Positions 25,539 to 38,338 of a stretch of 64,000 nt of DNA are shown piece after piece. The notes under the pieces were generated by a model. That model saw nothing but the letters and a program-made list of their open reading frames with translations, did not search any database and was not told where the DNA came from. This DNA comes from Octopus vulgaris (Eukaryota), in NCBI GenBank assembly GCA_951406725.2, contig OX597835.1, forward strand, positions 42,284,001-42,348,000, in the 5' to 3' direction. Positions within the stretch are counted from its first letter, which is position 1. Each line of letters opens with the position of its first letter. Both the position numbers and the translations under genes were made by a program.

Positions 25539-26380
25539 CCTTTGTTTTGCAAGTTACTCGGTGGCCCCTGCCAGTTCTGGTGCCACGTAAAAAGCACTCA
25601 GTCCACTCTGTGGAACGATTGGTGTTAGGAAGGGCATCCAGCTGTAAAAACCGTAAAACCCATGCCAAAACAGACATGAAGCTTGGTGCAGTCCCCTGCC
25701 TGGTTGGCTCCTGTCAAAGTGTCCAACCCATGCCAGCATGGAAGGCAGACATTAAATGACGATGGTGACACATATATGATAGCTGTCTACTCCCTAGACA
25801 GTCATGATGGTCACTGACAGGAATGTCAGCAAAGCCTATGCAATGGTTTTGAGTCCAGTACAGCTTGAACGACGACAACACAACTCTCACTAGCAACACC
25901 AAGAACCCCAGATTCAAGCAAAGTACAAGATATCCTGCTCAGTAGAGCAACAGGTTTTATAGACAAGTTAACTTTCTCCAAGAGGAATGCCATGACAAGG
26001 ACCAGGGGTCCCTCACTCCCAGTGGACTCACATCTGTAAGCATGACACCAACCCGAGTATTTCTACACCCTGGTACATATAGATACACATAAACATCTAG
26101 ATATACAACTACCTCTAAATATTGTCTTGAATCCATTTTTTCATGTGTAAATCTTATAAATTCCTCATTATTATATCTTTGATAATATTAATCTCTTTAA
26201 GAATGTCTTTAACGCTCTCTCAGTGTTGTGAATGTTCTTGCTGTCACAGATGTTCTTGGCATGATGGATGTCCTCGGCCTGGTCAATGTCCTTGGCCTGG
26301 CTGATGTCCCCAGGCGCCGTGAACGTCTTCAGGAATGTCTTCGATCTTATAACCATGATGAAATTCTTCTTTTATTCCAG

Positions 26381-26536
26381 GACAAAATGAAAGAACATCT
26401 GCAACATGTTGAAGAATTCCACACAACTTTAAAGAAATTCTCTGATTGGTTGAACTCGGCTGAAACGTTGATGCGAGGTTTTAAGTTCCCCAGTAAAATC
26501 GTGGAGAAAGTCTGTGAACAAATAAAGGAACATGCT
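26381..26536 (+). CDS. MACF1: Spectraplakin exon 12
   Basis: tattccAG|GAC ... GCT|GTAAGT; 156 nt; DKMKEHLQHVEEFHTTLKKFSDWLNSAETLMRGFKFPSKIVEKVCEQIKEHA. Confidence 0.93.
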
Positions 26537-28369
26537 GTAAGTAAATGATAAAATTAACTCGGAATAATTGGTGGAGCATCAGATTTAGTCGCTTGTGCTA
26601 TTCATTTACAACCCTTTTAGTTCTGAGTTCAAATCCTGCCCAAGTTAACTTTGTCTTTCATGTTCCTGCGGTCACTGAAACATCGAGGGTCTCCATTGGT
26701 CAAGGATGACCTGGCATCTATACATGGACGTGCAGATCTTTCATCTTTTATTTGTTTCAGTCGTTGGACTGTGGCCATACTGGGGCACCACCTTGAAGGG
26801 TTTTAGTCAAACAAACCAATCCTAACATTTATTTATTTATATTATGTCTGGTACTTATTCTATAGGTCTCTTTTGCTGAACTGCTAAGTTACGGGGATGT
26901 AAACAAACCAACACTGGTTCTCAAGTAGACACGCGCGCACACTCATTTACACTCACACACACTCTCCCATACGCACACTCTCTCACACACATACACTCTC
27001 ACACAAGCACACTCACACACATACACACTCACAGACGCATGCACTCACACACATGCACACTCACACACACGCACACTCTCACACACACATGCACTCTCAC
27101 GCGCACACTCACACATGCGTGTACTCTCACGCATGCTCTCGCTCACACACACTCTCTCTCACATTCTATCTCTCACACACAGACACAATGGGTTTCCACA
27201 CAGTTTCCATCTATCAAATCCACTCACATGGCAGTGGGACTGAACCTCGGACCACATGGTTGGAAAGCAAGCTACTTAACCACCCAGCCGTGACTGAGCC
27301 AAATATTTTTGGGATAAAGATTAACAGTTATCCATGTTTATAAGTTTCTCTTCTTTGTGCCACTGATAGGCATCCAAGAGAAAGAGCGCCAACTTTGGCT
27401 GGTGTCCCTTGGAACCATTGTTGTCGCAGGCATTTCTCTCAGGACCCAAAGAACCCAAGCAGATTCTGTAAGGCATCCAAGTCTGACCCTTTAACATTTT
27501 CTACCATTCACACTCGCTGGATTGGTACTTTTTTTTAATCAACCCCTGAAAGATGAAGAGCAACTTTGACCTCACTGGGATTTGAACTCGGGATGCAAAG
27601 AGGCAATAAATACCACAAGGAATGTGGGACACTGAGAAATGACTTGGGGAAAGTAGCATCTGCACACAATATGCATGCATGTGTGTGTGTGTGTGCTTGA
27701 GGGGCCAAGCTAAATGCAATCGTGGTCATGGCTAACCCCAACTGTTGTGGCACGCAAGAGGCACCTGTGTCAGTGACATGTGAGAGGCACCCAGTACACT
27801 CTGGGGAGTGTTTGGCATTAGGAATGGCATTTATCCATTCAAGCCGAAACAGACTGGGGCCTGGTGCAGCGCTTCGGCTTACCAGCTTCAGTCAACTCGT
27901 TTAACTTGTGTGAACATAGGAAATGGATATTAAAGGATATTGTATGCAGATGCTATGTTCCCAAGTCATTTTCCAGTTTCCCTGCATTCCTTGTGGTATT
28001 TCTCTGCACCCTGAGTTCAGATCCCACCGAGGTCAAATTTTGCCCTTTATCATGCATATATCTGACTCTTTAGCATTGAAACCATCCATATCTGGCTGAA
28101 ACACCCCACTTGTTTTATGTTCAAACTATCCAACCTCTCACACCTACCCTACAATGTCATTCTAAAAATAAACAATCACATCAAATTCTCAAATTTATTA
28201 GACAATTGCATAATTAATTAAAAACAATGTGGATAAATAAGGGCTACATTTGATGAGGTAATCTCAATGCTGAAGGGTTCAATTCCTTCCAGCAATATTT
28301 CCCAAGAATTAGAGTTTTGAGAAGAATTCGTAACAATTTCTGCAATATTCTTTCGTTTTTGATTTGCAG

Positions 28370-28576
28370 GACTTCAAGAAAGATGTTCAGTCATACACAG
28401 AGTGGATGCAGAAGTTGGACCGCACCGGTACCTACTTGAAATATTTTGGTAGAAAGCAAGACACTATTTACATCAAAAACCTTTTGGTGGGCATAAGGCT
28501 GCGATGGAAAAAGCTCTTGAGAAGAACTGACGAGAGGGAACGCCTCTTGCAACAATCCTACCACGAAGACAGACGG
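28370..28576 (+). CDS. MACF1: Spectraplakin exon 13
   Basis: tttgcAG|GAC ... CGG|GTAAGT; 207 nt; LDRTGTYLKYFGRKQDTIYIKNLLVGIRLRW closely resembles the recalled dystonin/MACF1 segment [24 protein letters not shown]. Confidence 0.95.
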
Positions 28577-29519
28577 GTAAGTAAGAAGGATTCTTTGAAG
28601 AACTGGTAATTGAATGATGGCATTAAACAATGGTAATTTATTGAAATGGGAGCACAAGGTGTTGCTCCTGATTTATATTTTGGATATTTGTAACCTGTGC
28701 CGGTGCCACGTTAAAAGCACCCGATACACTCTGTAAAGTGGTTGGCACTAGGAAGAGTATACAGCTGCAGAAACCATATCAGAACAGACAAAATGGACCC
28801 AGGGCAGCTCTCCAGCTGGCCAACTCCTGTCAAACTATCCAACCCATGCCAGCATCGAGAATGAACGTTAAAGGATGATGATGATACATTATTTATATTA
28901 TTTACATTTGACGGACATTTATCCTCATCTTGTTTGTTGTTAACACGTTTCGGCTGATATACCCTCCAGCCTTCTTCAGGTGTCTTGGGGAAATTTCAAA
29001 CCTGGGTTCTCATTCCTAAGGTACTTTTTCGAAGTTGTTATTATTATTGTTATTATTCAGGTCACTGCTTGGAATCGAACTTAGAATCTTGGGGTTAGTA
29101 GCCAGCACTCATAACCACTACGGCCAGTTTGGCGTCAGGGTGTCGCGTGCATTTGCAATGATGAAAAACCGCCACTCCTGTAAGCCCATGGGCATATGGC
29201 ATAGTCTATATAAAGACATAATATGTATTAAGTATATTTACAGTAATACATCTTTGAGTGATTTTACGCTAACATAAATAAATCATAAAATGGTTAATTT
29301 TATTGTTAATGAGGCCTATTATTTCTAATGAAATCTCTTTGCTGTATTTTCTGTCATGCAAGTTTAATTTTTCAAGCCAAAATTTACATCTCCCAAAAGA
29401 AGTAGGTTTATTTGTACACCAAAAAAACTTTGGAAGATCAATAATTCCATGTGACATGAAGCAGGATTTGGAAAAATAGTCTTTTTATTAAAAAAAAAAA
29501 AAAATTTTCTTTATGGTCA

Positions 29520-29895
29520 GGTTCCAACCCAGGTCACAGCAACAAAGGTCCACCCACCATACTTCTCGATTCCTCATCTCTGCCTCAAGGTCCTGGACAC
29601 ATTCCAGACCAATGTCTGCAATCAGCTTGTTGATGTGTGATGACATTTTCTTCTTACATCACCATGAAGTGGGTCCCACAAGACTAATTTGGATGCTTCC
29701 AGGGACCAGATGGTTACAACTGTCTTTGCCTGGTCTTCTTGCTAACTTTCAGCAGGTCTCCGTAAAGGCATTCGTTTGTCATATGTTGCTGCCATTTCAC
29801 CTTTAGGGCCTTAATGTTTGAATGTTTACACTACATTCTCTGTTGACCCGAATGCCAGTCAATGTGGTATTTCTATTTTGGCCAAAACAGGAGAT
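29520..29895 (-). mobile_element. Degenerate LINE (RTE-like) fragment
   Basis: Minus-strand translation KWQQHMTNECLYGDLLKVSKKTRQRQL, with downstream stops, resembles the post-RT region of non-LTR elements. Confidence 0.55.
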
Positions 29896-29957
29896 GGTGG
29901 GAAACAAAATCTAATCTTTTATATTATTTATCTTTTTTTTTTTGTCATTTCCTATAG

Positions 29958-30095
29958 TTTGAAGAATCGTGGAAGGATCTTTGCGATTGGCTAGATTCTA
30001 GCGAAGATATGTTAACCTCATTCCTTACGCCGCAATTGCAAGCTGCTTCTATGACACAAGTCGGCAAAATGAAAGACGAAATGGATGAGCTGAAG
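29958..30095 (+). CDS. MACF1: Spectraplakin exon 14
   Basis: cctatAG|TTT ... AAG|GTAAGT; 138 nt; FEESWKDLCDWLDSSEDMLTSFLTPQLQAASMTQVGKMKDEMDELK. Confidence 0.92.
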
Positions 30096-31009
30096 GTAAG
30101 TTAAAAGAAAAAACAAAACTAAATTAAGTATACTAATTATTATACTCATTAAAAATTCCTCATTTTCCTTAATTAATTTCATCATTATTTTTTTGCATCT
30201 AAATTTTAACAAATTTCATTGCTGTTCATTGAAGTAGTTTCGTCTGATTTATTCATCTGGGTCCTAATTTAACCTAAAAATACAATTAGGCCCCCGAAAT
30301 ATATTGCTAATTCCAGATCTTAGCTTTAGTAAAGATGTTTATGGGTTTTTAGGAACCTGAAAATAAAGGACTAAAGACAGTTTTGTCTCATTTAAAGTTT
30401 AACTCTTGGTGCTGTGAAAACATTCCATAAATCCTGAAGTTTTATTTTTTAAAATTTAAAGTTGATGTATTCTTAGTGTTGCACTGACTACTGCCTGGTA
30501 CACCCTTGCGTCACTAGGTGGCACATGTTATCTAATTCTCCTTTGTCAAAGTGTGGGGTCACCCTCATGTGACATTGGGGTTCGCCCCCATGCAACATTG
30601 CAAGTGTCCCTCGTGTGACATTGTGGGTTTGCTCACATTTGACATTGTGAATCTCTCTTGTGTCACAGTATGTCTCCCTCTTGTGACATTGTGGGTCTCC
30701 TTTATGTCACAATGTATGTCTCCCTTGTGTGACATTGTGGATCTCTTCTTATGTCACAGTGTAGGTCTGGTCTATCAAGTCTCTACAAACTGGTTTTCAT
30801 TGTGTCCCTTTGGTGTTGCAGTGACCCCCAACCTCCATTTCTCCAGTGCTACAGTAACCATTTCTTATGATGCTGACTTTTAGATCTTTGCATCAACTGA
30901 TATGGATTTCTTTAAAGGTACTCAATAAGTTAGAACTGTTTTATCTTCAGTTTCATAAAGTCATTAGAAATAGAATTTATATATGTGTATGTATATTTTA
31001 TATATATGA

Positions 31010-31335
31010 TAGCCGTCCACTCGTGACCGAGGAAGACCATTGCCAATCTTCAGGAACATTGTGCGCTCTAGGACTAACTTATATTTTGCATTTGCGGCTC
31101 CGTTGGTGGCTAATGAGCCCTGCTCTTGACAAGCATACACGACTGCAAACATTGCAGACCAAGCTTTCCCCATTCACTATACGAGCCGTGCGCTTTTGCG
31201 GAGCTCGCTTACGTTCTTCATGCTGGCGATGACAGGCATTGTTCTCCCAGTCAGTGCCCTGCATATCACAGGCCTTTAATGAGGACTTGACACAGTCCTT
31301 AAATCGCATCCTTGGTTTCTGCTGGAGTCTCCTTC

Positions 31336-31338
<3 letters not shown>
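31010..31338 (-). mobile_element. RTE-group LINE 3' fragment with C-terminal C2H2-like motif
   Basis: PRMRFKDCVKSSLKACD...WEN...CNVCSRVCLSRAGLISHQR. Confidence 0.82.
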
Positions 31339-31378
<40 letters not shown>

Positions 31379-31831
31379 TATATACGTGTGTCGCACAGTG
31401 GTGGGAGACAGACACAAGCGCATAGATAAACACACACATACCACAGGATTCTTTTTAGTTTCCATCTACTAAATCCATTCACAAGGCTTTGGCCAGCCTG
31501 TGGCTATAGCAGAAGACAGTAGGCCAAGGTGCCATGCAGTGGGAACGAACCCGGAACCACACAGCCACCCTTAAACCCCCACTTTAGTAATTTACCATTA
31601 TTAAAATTTCTGTTATTTCCAAATCAGATGAAAGGTCAGGTCAACGTTTATTGCTTTTCGTTCCTTGAATTTTTTTTTATTCGAGCTTTTTGTTTTTTTT
31701 TCTCTCCTCTACCCCACCCCATCCCCACCCCATATGCTACCACCTCTACCCTGCTTTCTCTCTTTCTTTTTTTTTCCTTCTCCATCTCTCAATTTGTTTT
31801 GTTATTGTTGCTTATCTTTTTGACGTCTCAG

Positions 31832-31882
31832 CCAAAACCAGTGGATATGGAAACCCGTATAAGCCAATTGCTCCATGTCAAG
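31832..31882 (+). CDS. Candidate 51-nt alternative cassette exon (PKPVDMETRISQLLHVK)
   Basis: gtctcAG|CCA ... AAG|GTATAC; phase 0-0 and open; about 150 nt of pyrimidine-rich sequence upstream; TGCATG motifs downstream. Confidence 0.55.
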
Positions 31883-32544
31883 GTATACCAAACCAGTACA
31901 TATATACATATACGCCATTCTGTTTCTTTAGCATGTTGTCAGTCCTGCTTTATATCGATTTGTCTCTGATTATGTTGCATTTAGAATTTCATCCAAACTT
32001 TCTTTTCTTTTTTATCTTATTTTTTTTTTATTCCTTATTAATGTAAAAAACCCCAAAGTACCAACGAAGCATTTGTTGTACTTCTTAGACAAAGTACGAA
32101 GCTGCATGTCACTTCTCAACCTCTTGCATTATTACTTCATTATTCTGTCTGCAATGTATGTCTGGCACAGCCCAATGCACTTTTAGAATTCTTTAAAATG
32201 GTTTATTATTATTATTATTTTTATTTACTTTTATTTGTTATTTATGGTTTCCTTTTTGTTAAGCCCATGCATGATATTCTGTTTCCTTGTGGGTTTATAT
32301 TTCTCTCTCTTCATTTTATATTTCATTTTTGTCATGGTTTTTCTGGGATTTCTTTTTACTGTCTTTTTATTTATGTATTTTCTTGGGGACTTGATTCTTT
32401 GGTTATTTAAGAAAAAGATTATTTGGACATTTTCAAATAAGATGTGTTTTTGGAAGGCAGACAGTTCTGCGAAGCTATCTTATTCATTTATTTGGCTTTC
32501 AATAGTGAGATATGAAAAAAATTATATATATATATATATATATA

Positions 32545-32699
32545 TACAAATAAGAAAATGGAGAAACGAATTTGGTTTGTTCATCAACTTACGGATATTA
32601 TAATGTTGGAATATTTGTAGAATGAATAAATAATCTAACATTGTAATATCCAAAAGTTGATGAACAAACTAAATTTGTTTCTCCATTTTCTTATTTGTA
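32545..32699. repeat. Imperfect ~63-bp inverted repeat (hairpin)
   Basis: TACAAATAAGAAAATGGAGAAAC... at 32545 pairs with ...GTTTCTCCATTTTCTTATTTGTA ending at 32699. Confidence 0.85.
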
Positions 32700-32849
32700 T
32701 TATTAATTAACGGTAAAATATTTCTTTACCTTCACCCGTTTAATACAATAAATGAACTAATTGCATTGCAATTAAAAACATTTATGTATTAAGAATTTGG
32801 ATAAATGATATCCCATAGTGGGTTACACCCATAACCCTTATCTTACTTT

Positions 32850-32893
<44 letters not shown>

Positions 32894-34544
32894 TGTAGAA
32901 AAATACAAACTGGGACAAGAACGTAAAACATTTAGAAGACGATACAAAAAACACGGACGGGACATTCGAAGCCTTCAATCTTCAGTCAAGAACCGGAACA
33001 TCCTAGCAATTTCGGCTGATTTTAGAATATATATATATATTCTAAAATCGTAGACTTGAATAAAAGACACTTTTTGAAGTTATGTTTAAATATTTTATTT
33101 TGGAATACCATCTTCACCACTTAGACATGTTGGCTCTCCTCGCTAGCCATAAACACAGTGTACCCTAACAGAAGGCACATCAGTGTAACCTAATTGTTAT
33201 TAATTTAACTATCTACTATGATAAAATCCTATGTCACCACCAGTTTCATTTTAAAGTTACCATTAAATGTTGAATTGTTCCACTGTCGGCTTGGAAATCA
33301 GGAAAAGACTTTTGGAAATGTAGCTAAACTTTATCATTTCAATGTTTTTAGACCAGTTCTGTTACATATCGATTCTAATAATGCTGTGCCTTGTCTTTTT
33401 CCTTCAATTCATCTTGCTATCATCTAATTACGCATCAACTGTTTCTTTTATTCTTACTACTACTACTACTATTACATGTAGACCTTTCCCCTCCTCTGTC
33501 ACAGTTCACCTATTACAGTTGTTAAGTAACCATAGGTAAATTAGTGTTAACATTTAATTAATTAGAAAAAGATACCAGGTTATCAACAAATAGTAAATTA
33601 TTTTTTTCAAATATGAGAGACAACTCCTGTCCTCTTTCAGTCTTATTAGACCTCCTCAATGAAGCAGATTTCACTGTATTTAGTGAAGTATCACTGATGA
33701 GAAATGGTTGAATGGTCTAAAGGGAACTGTTTCACCAATGCAACAGATATGTTGAGAAATCACCCTATGACTTTCCATTGCATTCGTGTAGTGTGCAATG
33801 GACATATTTAGACTTGTGTCAATGGTGTATCATAACAATCTGGACATTTGTCAACAAAGTGACAACCTTGACATGTCAGTTGTGTGCAGTATGAGAAATT
33901 TGACATTTATCATCCAATTTTTTCTTTTGAATAGTCCCTATAAGAAAGCCGGAAACCTTTGTAATTCTAAGTAAGACTATGGAAGCCCTTAACAGATCTA
34001 GTGAAGTTGGACAAATGTCAGGTGAAAAGTGAAGCCCAAAACATTTACCTGATCTTTCAGGTGAGCTTTAAATGTTAGGGCCACCAATGACTCTAATTGC
34101 ATAAATACAACACTACCTATAGGGACCTAAATAGTCTTTTAAAATATATATGATAACAGAACCCTACTGAGCACAAAATCTTCTGTTGCTATGACTACAG
34201 CCACATCAATCCAGAAATTTTCTATTCCTACATTTACAGTTTCTGAGAATGAATACAGCACCATTTCCTTTGTCATCCGATAATTTCTATTGAAGGGAGA
34301 CAATTCCATGTTGTCTGAACTGTTTAGTGGAAAATGGATTTTGCTGAAAAATTTGAATTATGGAAATTTAATATTTTGTAAAAAAATAAAATATATTTCC
34401 CTGCAATGCAACAAAGAAAAAAAATTTTATTAGAAAAAATACTGCAAATAAACTTTTTAAGAAATTCTTAAAAATTGCAACCAGATTTATAGTTGAGATA
34501 TAAGTTTGACTGTGAATAAAGTTGAATGCAATGTTAGTGTTTCT

Positions 34545-35190
34545 CAGTCATTATCACTCTTCATTGAATGTGTTTGTCAGTCAATATCAGTCTTCACTCA
34601 ATGTGTTTGTCAGTCATTATCACTCTTCACTGAATGTGTTTGTCAGTCAGTATCACTCTTCACTGAATGTGTTTGTCAGTCATTATCACTCTTCACTGAA
34701 TGTGTTTGTCAGTCAGTGTCACTCTTCACTGAATGTGTTTGTCAGTCATTATCACTCTTCACTGAATGTGTTTGTCAGTCAGTGTCACTCTTTCACTAAA
34801 TGTGTTTGTCAGTCATTATCACTCTTCACTGAATGTGTTTGTCAGTCGTTATCACTCTTCACTGAATGTGTTTGTCAGTCATTATCACTCTTCACTGAAT
34901 GTCTTTGTCAGTCATTATCACTCTTCACTGAATGTGTTTGTCAGTCAGTATCACTCTTCACTGAATGTGTTTGTCAGTCATCACTCTTCACTGAATGTGT
35001 TTGTCAGTCATCATTCTTCCCTAAATGTGTTTGTCAGTCATTATCACTCTTCACTAAATGTGTTTGTCAGTCATTATCACTCTTCACTAAATGTGTTTGT
35101 CAGTCATTATCACTCCTCACTGAATGCATTTGTCAGTCATTATCACTCTTCACTGAATGTATTTGTCAATCTGTATCATTCTTAATTGAT
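34545..35190. repeat. 33-bp minisatellite (CAGTCATTATCACTCTTCACTGAATGTGTTTGT), about 19 copies
   Basis: Direct tandem array; explains the 11-aa periodic ORFs. Confidence 0.95.
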
Positions 35191-36320
35191 TGTCAGTCTA
35201 TATTAATCTTTTTTATCATTCTTCAGTCAATATGTTTGTCAGTCTTTTATATCACTCTTCAATCGATCACAATTTGCTTGTCAAATATTCTGTTCTCTTT
35301 TTTCTTTTTTCTATTCTAAATTCTTCATTTTGCATTTTTGAAATGTTGTTTCATGAAACTCTTTTAATGGAATTGTGGCGCCATCTTCACTCATTTTACA
35401 CTTTTCTTCTGTTATGTCTCTTTTCACCTTCTGTTGCACTCATGGCAAATAAAAGAAATTATTATTATTATTATTATCATTATTATTATTTAAGGTGGCA
35501 AGCTGGCAGAATCATTAGCATGTCAGGCGAAATGCTTAGTGGTATTTTGTCTGCAGCTATGCTCTGAGTTCAAATTCCATCAAGGTCGATTTTGCCTTTC
35601 ATCCTTTCGGGGCTGATAAATTAAATACCAATGAAATACTGGGGTTGATGCAATTGATTACCCCCTCCTCCAAAATTGCTGCCCTTGTGGCAAAATTTGA
35701 AACCATTATTATTATTATTAAGGTGGCAAGCTGGCAGAATCATTAGCATGCCGGGCGAAATCCTTAGCGGTATTTCATCTGTTGCTATGCTCTGGGTTCA
35801 AATTCTGCCAAGGTTGACATACACAAAGATAGACACGCACACACACGAAGATGGGGACACACACACACTGATGGACAGACACATACACATTGATGGACAG
35901 ACACACACACTGATGGACAGACACATACACATTGATGGACAGAGACACACACTGATGGACTGGTGCACACACACACAGATGGACAGGCATGCGTGCACAC
36001 ACACTCACTCACTCATGCACAGGCATGTACACATAGACATACACATCAACGCGTACACCAATACATACGTGCACACACACATTCTCACACACACACACGC
36101 ATTCTGTCCTAACTCTGTTTAAATACATCATATTGATGTATTTAAACAGACTTTCTGGCTACAGTGTACTCAATGGCTGATCAATATTGCCATTAATAAT
36201 GTAATAATAATACTCCCAAATATATACACACACACACACACACAGATACATACACTGCACATATACATATATACACAACATATACACATGTAATACACTA
36301 AACACATACACCTATATTTA

Positions 36321-36357
<37 letters not shown>

Positions 36358-37643
36358 TGACATATGTATATGCACACATATATACACACATGTATATACA
36401 TATGTGCACATATACATACACACATATATATACATACATATTTATATATATGTATAATATACACATACATACATATGCATGCACATATATATATATATAT
36501 ACACACATATACTTACATTTTTATACACACATGCATATATATATATATACATACACACACACATATCTATAAACACATACACATGCATGTATGTATGTTT
36601 GTATAATCTCAAAGCAAATTGAACAATCGTTTTGTCTTGAATATGTTTACATTGAGCTGAACCCTAACTTTCTCTCTGAGGCCCTTATATCTATATTGGC
36701 TTGACCCCTAACCTCTACTCTTTCCGCTCTATTACAGTTCTGTTAATCAAGCTCTTATCTACATTAAAGTCCAAAGACTTCCCTGACTTCACAATATATT
36801 CTCTCTCCTCTGTTGAACTCGTAAAATAAATTAGCTTTCAATTAAATTATCTTATAAATTGTTGTTAATTGATTTAGTTTGTGTATTTGCTTTGCGAGGT
36901 TCTTGATGTGGAATCATCTGTTGAAACAGACACTGTTTATAGGTGGGGATGGTCATCTTTGGCCAGTTAAACACATGGTGTTCATTTAATTATTTGTTTT
37001 TCTTTTACTTGTTTCTGTCATTTGACTGTGGCCATGCTGGAGCTCACTTCCTTGAGTGGTTTCAGTCAAATAAATCAACCCCAGGACTTAATTCTTAAGT
37101 CAAGTACTTATTCTATTAGTCTCTTTCGCCAAACTGCTAAGCCTTGGGGATGTAAACACACCAACACCAGTTGTTAAATGGTGATGGGGACAAAGACACA
37201 CACACACATAGATTTTATATGTATATATATATATATATATATATGATGGGCTTCTTTCAGTTTCCATCTGCCAAATTCACTCAATAACTTTGGGTAGCCC
37301 GAGGCTATAGTAGAAGGCACTTGCCCAAGGTGCCACACAGTAGGACTGAACCTGGAACCATGTGGTTGGGAAGCACATTTTTATGCTCATCAAAGAGTTT
37401 GTCCTTGCAGTTAAAGTATATTAATATTCTATCCGTAGCTGTATGGTTAAGAAGCTCACTTTGCAACCACATGGTTTTGGGTTCCATCCTACTGTGTGAC
37501 ACCTTGGCCAAGTGTCAAGTGTTTTCCACCATACTCCCCATGCTAACCTATGCTTTCTGAGTGAATTTCATAGACAAAGACTGTACAAAAGCCAGTTGCA
37601 TGTAAGTGTTTTGTGCCTGTGTTTGTCCTTATACTGTTTGTTT

Positions 37644-37815
37644 GACTAAAATCCTTCAAGGTCATAGTCCAGGGACTAAAACCCATCAAGGTCGCAGTCC
37701 AGTGACTAAAACCCTTCAAGGTCACAGTCCAGCGACTAAACCCTTCAAGGTTGCAGTCCAGTGACTAAAACCCTTCAAGGTCGCAGTCCAGTGACTAAAA
37801 CCCTTCAAGGTCGCA
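37644..37815. repeat. 30-bp tandem repeat derived from a SINE family A segment
   Basis: GACTAAAACCCTTCAAGGTCGCAGTCCAGT, about 6 copies; the GACTAAACCCTTCAAGG motif also occurs in SINE tails (54842). Confidence 0.85.
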
Positions 37816-38338
37816 CATAAAAGCACCCTTTGCACTCTTGGAGTGGTTGATGTTAGGAAGGGCATCCAGCTTTAGAAACTCTGCCAGATCAGATTGGAGC
37901 CTGGTGCAGCCATCTGGTTCGCCAGTCCTCAATCAAATCGTCCAACCCATGCCAGCATGGAAAGTGGACGTTAAACAATGATGATGATTTTGTGTCTTGC
38001 CTTATCCAAGAGGAGACTCATGTGACAGTCACCGATGAGGACACGGAGTGTGTGGTGAAAGAACTTTGACAGAAAAATAAACCAAAAATAATACGAATAC
38101 AAACAAAAAAGACCAAATAAACAGTGCGTGTGTTTAATTAGCCAGAAATGGCCATCCCCAAATATAACAATATCTTTCAACACGCGATTTCACATCAAGA
38201 ATCTTGCAAAATAAATGCGTAAATGTAAAAAAATATTTTTAGTTGTTGCAAAATTTCAAACTTAAAATATTTTGAAATAATACATTTCTAAATCTCCCGG
38301 AGAGATTTATGCCATAGCAACATGACAAAGTGATGGTT

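Noticed and set aside
26228-26380. Open frame with 18-bp repeats extending exon 12 upstream
   Set aside because: The upstream AG at 26223 is out of phase with the phase-0 intron, and the canonical acceptor at 26380 is strong.
34506-35319. 265-aa Cys/His-rich ORF and a CRISPR-like appearance
   Set aside because: A 33-bp tandem repeat with no unique spacers, in a eukaryotic intron with no cas genes.
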